Positions 59,115-64,000 of a stretch of DNA of 64,000 bases are shown here, one piece after another. The notes below the pieces were generated by a model that made no database searches, was not told the origin of the DNA, and saw nothing but the letters and a program-made list of their open reading frames with translations. The translations under genes and the position numbers were made by a program. How positions within the stretch are numbered: position 1 is the first letter of the stretch; each line of letters begins with the position of its first letter. Source of the DNA: an uncultured delta proteobacterium (GTDB lineage: Bacteria; Myxococcota; Kuafuiibacteriia; Kuafuiibacteriales; Kuafuiibacteriaceae); NCBI GenBank assembly GCA_963803435.1, contig CAWDML010000001.1, forward strand, positions 224,001 to 288,000, read 5' to 3'.

Positions 59115-60297
59115 GTCAGCCGGGTCCGAAATCTCTAGCGTGTAGATCCTTTGTGTGATCTACGTGGTTCGTGGGGGCGAACAAAGGACCTCGAAAAACG
59201 GAGATCACGCTGACTGACGACGAACAGCGCGAGCTCGAACGATTGACTCGTCGCGTGCGGTCGAATCGACAGCTGGCACTTCGCGCGAAACTGGTGCTGA
59301 GCAGTTCCACTGGCGCGACCGATGCGGCGGTGGCGCGGAACCATCACGTGTCTCACCACACCGTTCGTCTGTGGAGAAGGCGGTTTGCGGAGTGCCGTCT
59401 CGAGGGGCTGTACGACCAGCCTCGCGTCGGCGCTCCGCGAAAGATCAGTGATGATCAGGTTGAAGAGATCGTGGTGCAAACGCTGGAAACGACGCCGAAG
59501 GGCCGTACGCATTGGAGCACGCGGAAGATGGCAAAGAATGCCGGGGTGAGCGCCAGTAGCGTCGGACGGATCTGGCGGGCGCATGGCCTCAAGCCCCACG
59601 TCGTTCGCGGTTTCAAGTTGTCGAACGATCCGCAGTTCATCTCGAAGATTCGCGACGTCGTCGGTCTGTACATGAGCCCGCCCGACAACGCTGTCGTGTT
59701 CTCCTTCGACGAGAAGCCGCAGGTCCAGGCGCTGGAGCGTGCTCAACCGATCCTTCCGATGGATCTCGGGATGCCCGAGCGACAGACCCACAACTACATC
59801 CGCCACGGAACGCTCGACCTCTTCGCCGCCCTCAACGTCGCCACGGGCAAGGTCATCGCGCAGACCAAGGCACGACACCGAGCGAAGGACTTCGTCGCAT
59901 TCCTCGGGACGATCGACAACGCGGTAGAGCCGGAACTTGACGTTCACGTCATCCTCGACAACCTCGCGACGCACAAGACTCCACAGGTTAAGAGGTGGCT
60001 GCTACGCAATCCGCGCTTCCAGCTCCACTTCACACCAACCTATTCCTCATGGCTAAACCTGGTGGAACGGTTCTTCGCACTGCTGACCGAGGAAGCACTC
60101 ACTCGCGGCTCCCACACCAGCGTCCCGGTACTTCGCAAGGCGATCGTCGACTACGTCGAAGTGCACAACGAAGAAGGCAAGCCCTTCGTATGGACGAAGA
60201 CGGCCGACGAGATCCTCGACAAGATCATGGATTTCGGCAGACGCACAAAGCAGGTCCACCGCGGATAAATGCGCTAGAAATCAGTGATCCAGCTGAC
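59115..60297 (+). mobile_element. IS630-family insertion sequence
   Basis: Imperfect 26-bp IRs (19/26 matches; GTCAGC...TCTAGCG), TA within CTAG on both sides, lower GC than the flanks. Confidence 0.9.
59171..60268 (+). CDS. IS630 transposase
   Basis: HTH (V..WR.RF...GL.D.PR.G.P, THWSTR.MA); DEK, Y.RHGT, ILDN..THK and SWLNLVERFF DDE motifs; ORF intact. Confidence 0.95.
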   Translation: MGANKGPRKTEITLTDDEQRELERLTRRVRSNRQLALRAKLVLSSSTGATDAAVARNHHVSHHTVRLWRRRFAECRLEGLYDQPRVGAPRKISDDQVEEIVVQTLETTPKGRTHWSTRKMAKNAGVSASSVGRIWRAHGLKPHVVRGFKLSNDPQFISKIRDVVGLYMSPPDNAVVFSFDEKPQVQALERAQPILPMDLGMPERQTHNYIRHGTLDLFAALNVATGKVIAQTKARHRAKDFVAFLGTIDNAVEPELDVHVILDNLATHKTPQVKRWLLRNPRFQLHFTPTYSSWLNLVERFFALLTEEALTRGSHTSVPVLRKAIVDYVEVHNEEGKPFVWTKTADEILDKIMDFGRRTKQVHRG

Positions 60298-61502
60298 TAG
60301 CGAAGCAGGACCGTCACCAGCATCGCGCCCAGACACGCGAACATGCAGAGGCCGGCGAGCGCGGCGCGAGTGAGCGGTCGAATCCGGCGTGGCCGCTCCT
60401 CGTCGGCCAGCTCGGTGGGATCCTCGTCCCCCCGGAGCCGCCGGAATTGGCGCATGGGGATGACGACGGTGTCCCGGGTCGGGTGGGCCTCGCGGGCGGT
60501 GGGGGCGCACTCCTCGAGCTCGCCGCGATCCAGGTCGGCGACCGTAGCGGCGTCCTCCTGCACGTTGATCTCGACGAGCACAGCTCCCGAGTCGCGGAGC
60601 CTCGACTCGAAGGCGGGGCGGGGCTGGAGGCGCGAGAGCCACTCGGCGAGCTCGGACCGCTGGGCTCCGCGGCGCGCGAGGGCCTCGTCGCAGGCGCGCG
60701 CCAGCTGCAGCGCTCCGGCGTAGCGGCGCACCGGATCGTAGGAGACCGCGGTGCGAACGATGTCTGCGACGTCCGGATCCATCCTCCCAATCCTCGGCTC
60801 TCCCCGCTCCGCGCCCGAGAACGGGCTGGCGCCGACGAGCAGGTGGTGAAGCACGCAGCCGAGCGAGAAGACGTCGGCGCGCGGAGAGACGCGCTGTCCC
60901 GAGAGCTGCTCGGGCGACATGAAGGAGAGCTTGCCCTTGATGATGCCTGCGCGCGTCAGCGCCAGGCGGTGGTGGGCGATCGCGATGCCGAAGTCGAGAA
61001 CCTTCACGTCGCCCCGCCAGGAGACCACGATGTTGTGAGGGCTCACGTCGCGATGCACCACGCCGAGCGGCCTGCCCTCGAAGTCGCTCGCGTGATGCGC
61101 ATAGTCGAGCGCCGCGGCGGCGTCCCCGATCAGCTGAAGGGCGTGGGCGCTGGTGAGCGGCAGCCCGCGCTCCTCCGCGAGCGGAGCGAGCGTGGCGAGG
61201 TCCGCACCGTCGACGTACTCGAGGACCTGATAGGGCCAACCGTCGTGGGTCCCGAAGTCGAAGACCGAGACGATTCCGGGGTGATCGAGCTGGCTCAAGA
61301 TCCTGGCCTCGTCGGCGAACGCGGCCAGCAGGTGGAGGTCCGTCCCCGGGAGCGGTCGCTTGATCGCGAAGCGGCGCACGAAGCCGCCGTCGCCGTCGAG
61401 GTACGCTTCGAACACCTCGGCCATGCCGCCGCGTTTGATCGAGCGTGCGACCCGATAACGTCCGAGGAGCTCGGGTGCATCCGAGGAGAGCGCGTGCTGC
61501 AT
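60297..61502 (-). CDS. Ser/Thr protein kinase with a C-terminal transmembrane helix
   Basis: GGMAEV, AIKR, HRDVSPHN, DFGIA and GKLSFMSPEQ motifs; ATG 61502 preferred because it follows a sigma54 site. Confidence 0.92.
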   Translation of the reverse strand: MQHALSSDAPELLGRYRVARSIKRGGMAEVFEAYLDGDGGFVRRFAIKRPLPGTDLHLLAAFADEARILSQLDHPGIVSVFDFGTHDGWPYQVLEYVDGADLATLAPLAEERGLPLTSAHALQLIGDAAAALDYAHHASDFEGRPLGVVHRDVSPHNIVVSWRGDVKVLDFGIAIAHHRLALTRAGIIKGKLSFMSPEQLSGQRVSPRADVFSLGCVLHHLLVGASPFSGAERGEPRIGRMDPDVADIVRTAVSYDPVRRYAGALQLARACDEALARRGAQRSELAEWLSRLQPRPAFESRLRDSGAVLVEINVQEDAATVADLDRGELEECAPTAREAHPTRDTVVIPMRQFRRLRGDEDPTELADEERPRRIRPLTRAALAGLCMFACLGAMLVTVLLR

Positions 61503-61515
61503 GTCCGGTGGGAGG

Positions 61516-61530
61516 GCAAGGCGTGGGCCA
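61516..61530 (-). promoter_or_regulatory. Putative sigma54 promoter of the kinase
   Basis: Minus strand TGGCCCACGCCTTGC; predicted +1 near 61504. Confidence 0.6.
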
Positions 61531-61571
61531 GCGCCACCCGCTTGGCCGCCAGCCCCCCCGGCCCGGGCGGT

Positions 61572-61587
61572 GTTCACGATCGTGAAC
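61572..61587. promoter_or_regulatory. Perfect 16-bp palindrome, candidate enhancer/operator
   Basis: GTTCACGATCGTGAAC, lying between two divergent sigma54-like sites. Confidence 0.5.
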
Positions 61588-61643
61588 GGCGGTGGGGTGT
61601 CCGGCTCCGCGTACACCGCCGACGCGCCAGAGGGGGCGCCGCG

Positions 61644-61659
61644 TGGTCCCTGGGTTGCA
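61644..61659 (+). promoter_or_regulatory. Putative sigma54 promoter
   Basis: TGGTCCCTGGGTTGCA; predicted +1 near 61670, ATG at 61673. Confidence 0.55.
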
Positions 61660-61672
61660 CTCCGCTCCGGGC

Positions 61673-61966
61673 ATGCAGGCTCATCGGACAGCCGTCCTGC
61701 GGACGGACTCGATCACCTATCGTGCGCCGATCGCGCTCGTGACCGACGTCAGCGTCTTCGTGGGCGCGGTCGATCGCCTGCGGTTCGGCCAGATCGTGCG
61801 GATCACCATCGGCGAGCGCACGCTGAGGGGCAGGATCGCGTACGTGGCCACCTCGCCGCCCGGCGTGGTGGTCGTCTTCCATCCGCTCGATCGTGCGAAG
61901 AGCTTCGGCGAGTTTCACGCCTCGGAGGAGGAGACCGTCGAGACTCCGGTCAATCGTGCGGGGTGA
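61673..61966 (+). CDS. Small beta-rich protein, possibly a degenerate PilZ-like fold
   Basis: S.FV....L..GQ.V.ITI....L.GRI.YV....PGV.V.F pattern; no RxxxR motif. Confidence 0.55.
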   Translation: MQAHRTAVLRTDSITYRAPIALVTDVSVFVGAVDRLRFGQIVRITIGERTLRGRIAYVATSPPGVVVVFHPLDRAKSFGEFHASEEETVETPVNRAG

Positions 61967-62074
61967 CGCGCTCCGGATCCCGGCCCAGGACCATGCCGTC
62001 GTGGTCGCGGAGAGTACGTTCGGCGCGCCGAACAGCCGTTCGTCACGACGGACGTCAATGGGGGGAGCTGTTCG

Positions 62075-63280
62075 ATGCCGCCGGAGGTGGAGGAAGGACT
62101 CTCTCGATCGAGCGGTCTCTTTTGGAGCGCCTCCGAATCAACGTCCACGCCAGGCACGCTTCTTGGTTTCGAAGCGGCCATGATGGAGAACGAAAGCGCC
62201 CTCGAGTATCGAGAGCACTGTCTGCGATCGCTCTGTCCGGCGCGGCCGTCGGTACCGAAACGAACGGCGCCCCCGAGCCGCACCCGGCCGATCGGCGATC
62301 CGGTGGGCCTCTCCTTCTACGTGGCGCGCCGTCGCATCGGCGACGCGCTCGACGACTCTCTGATCGACCTGGCCGGCGCCGCGAGCGCGCGACTCCCCAA
62401 GCAGGCGCTCCGGGAGCTGCTGGCCGCCGTCAGCGTCCGGGGAGCGACGCGCCGCCATCTCCTCGACGCCGAGCGCTTCGTCGAGTGCCTGGCGGCGCTG
62501 CCCGCGCGCGAGCAGCTCGAGACAATCGCGCTCTATCGAGAGACCGCCCGCGCCGACACGCTGCGGACCGAGCTCCTGGCCGCCCTCGAGTGGCCGGCCC
62601 TGCTCCAGCTCACCGCGCCCCTGCGGCGTCAGATCCTGCGGTACCTGATCGGCCCGAGGCCGGGCGCCCTGGCTCACCCCGATCACGAGCTCGATCTGCG
62701 CGCCTTCTGGGCCCGGCGCGCCGCCGAGACGCGGCAGTTCCTCGAGACCCAGGGCGGCGACGACGAGGGTGCCGTCCTGGGCCACCTCGTCCAGCCGATC
62801 CGTCCCATCCACCTGCTGCGGACCCCCGCGGATCTCGATCTGGTGGTCCTGGTGTTCGGTGATCCGCGGTCGTCGCGGAGCCTCTCCTTCGGACGCTATT
62901 ACACGCTGGACGCCGCGGGCCGGGCCGAGGCTTCGGTGGTGTGCCCCGATCCCCGCATCGCTTCGGAGTGGCGCGACCGGCATGTGCTGACCTCGCGCAC
63001 GTACGAGTGCCGCTCGGCGCTGTTGACGCGGCTGGAGGAGCTCGAGCTGTTGCGCTGGCTGGAGGACGGGCACGCCATCGCGCCCAACGAGCGCCACCGT
63101 CCGGCCACGCTCCCGCTCGCGATCTTCACGAACACGCGGCGCCTCGGAGAGACGATCGAGCCGGCGATCCGCGTCTTCGCCTCGGTGCGCGGACCGCTCG
63201 TCTTCACGCGGACGCTGCTGTTCCGCGGTCGACCCCAACGAAACAGGAGAAACAAGGCACGGACACCGTCGGCAGAGTGA
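62075..63280 (+). CDS. Hypothetical protein (start uncertain, 62075 or 62180)
   Basis: Long ORF with protein-like composition that abuts the convergent kinase stop; no family recognised. Confidence 0.55.
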   Translation: MPPEVEEGLSRSSGLFWSASESTSTPGTLLGFEAAMMENESALEYREHCLRSLCPARPSVPKRTAPPSRTRPIGDPVGLSFYVARRRIGDALDDSLIDLAGAASARLPKQALRELLAAVSVRGATRRHLLDAERFVECLAALPAREQLETIALYRETARADTLRTELLAALEWPALLQLTAPLRRQILRYLIGPRPGALAHPDHELDLRAFWARRAAETRQFLETQGGDDEGAVLGHLVQPIRPIHLLRTPADLDLVVLVFGDPRSSRSLSFGRYYTLDAAGRAEASVVCPDPRIASEWRDRHVLTSRTYECRSALLTRLEELELLRWLEDGHAIAPNERHRPATLPLAIFTNTRRLGETIEPAIRVFASVRGPLVFTRTLLFRGRPQRNRRNKARTPSAE

Positions 63281-64000
63281 TCAGCTGGATCTATCCCCCG
63301 GCGCTCGCCGAGGGATCCAGACTCGGAACGTCGAGCCGGCTCCGGGCGTGCTCTCCACCTGGAGGCGCCCTTCGTGGCCGACGACGATGCGCCGCACGAC
63401 CGAGAGCCCGAGACCGCTGCCGGGGACCGCGTCAGGTCCGAGACGACGAAAAGGCACGAAGAGATCGTCCATCTGCGCGGGTGACATTCCGATGCCGCGG
63501 TCGGTGACGCGCAGACACGCGTCGTCGGCCGATGACTCGAGCGCCACCTCGATCTCCCCGCCGTCGGGCGAGAACTTGATGGCGTTGTTGACCAGATTCC
63601 CGACGACCTGCTCGATGCGCGTGCGGTCGGCCCAGACCACGACCGGCTGTTCGGGCACCGCCACCGCCAGCCGATGCGACGAATAGGCCGGCGCATAGAG
63701 ATCGACGACGTCCTTCACGAGCCCGCGCAGGTCCAGCTCCTCCACCTCGAGCTTCAGCTGCCCCGATTCGATGCGGCTGGCGTCGAGAAGATCGTCGGCC
63801 ATCCGGTTGAGACGTTGGATCTGCCGGTGCAGGACCTTCATCGCCCGATCAGTGTCTACGCCCTGTCGCATCTCGAGCGCGCGGATCGAGACGCTCATCG
63901 CGGTGAGCGGATTCTTGAGGTCGTGGACGACGCCCGCCAGGAACGCCAGCTCGCTCTGCTTCTGGCGCAGCAAGGCCTCGGCCATCTCGTTGAAGGCGCT
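63281..64000 (-). CDS. Sensor histidine kinase, 5' part outside the window
   Basis: End of a HAMP domain (FNEMAEAL), HDLKNPL, NLVNNAIKFS, DRGIG and GSGLGL motifs. Confidence 0.92.
   Translation of the reverse strand, partial: SAFNEMAEALLRQKQSELAFLAGVVHDLKNPLTAMSVSIRALEMRQGVDTDRAMKVLHRQIQRLNRMADDLLDASRIESGQLKLEVEELDLRGLVKDVVDLYAPAYSSHRLAVAVPEQPVVVWADRTRIEQVVGNLVNNAIKFSPDGGEIEVALESSADDACLRVTDRGIGMSPAQMDDLFVPFRRLGPDAVPGSGLGLSVVRRIVVGHEGRLQVESTPGAGSTFRVWIPRRAPGDRSS

Noticed and set aside
1-64000. Many long antisense or alternate-frame ORFs (e.g. 9156..11711 -, 24376..26619 -, 51971..53776 -, 16168..18222 +)
   Set aside because: Shadow ORFs expected at about 70% GC; they are R/P/A/G-rich, lack motifs and overlap well-supported genes.
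1-64000. tRNA, rRNA, riboswitch, prophage, intrinsic terminators
   Set aside because: No cloverleaf, rRNA-like segment, phage gene or clear hairpin-plus-U-tract was recognised by eye; a covariance-model search could still find small RNAs.

Overview
High-GC (about 70%), gene-dense window. Its content (three Hanks-type Ser/Thr kinases, two FHA-sigma54 activators, PEGA/TPR/HEAT proteins, Cys-rich lipoproteins) suggests a Myxococcota/deltaproteobacterium-like genome; that assignment is inference. I saw no rRNA, tRNA or CRISPR array. Main blocks: (1) a divergent glycosidase cluster with a GH15-like gene and a GH3 beta-glucosidase facing a GH162-like endo-beta-1,2-glucanase, followed by EXPERA, SDR and PfkB genes, with a 72-bp repeat family lying in-frame inside two of the genes; (2) kinase, HDAC, dnaJ and a di-heme lipoprotein; (3) a plsB-like / degenerate gpsA / phosphatase lipid operon; (4) an SRPBCC protein with a histone-H1-like tail next to a lysine-methyltransferase-like gene, and an orphan DNA methyltransferase; (5) a pentein hydrolase, an S46 peptidase and a PKD-PAD (protein-arginine deiminase) lipoprotein; (6) ku/ligD NHEJ genes followed by cysH, a thioredoxin-like gene and a rhodanese; (7) two bEBPs, an IS1182 remnant and an IS630 stacked at a CTAG shared by two stop codons, and divergent sigma54 promoters. 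About a dozen genes are frameshifted. Eight breaks fall on GAATC/GATTC, and at seven of them deleting one base gives GATC and restores the frame, so they are probably basecalling errors rather than pseudogenes. All family calls come from motif recognition by eye; no database search was run.
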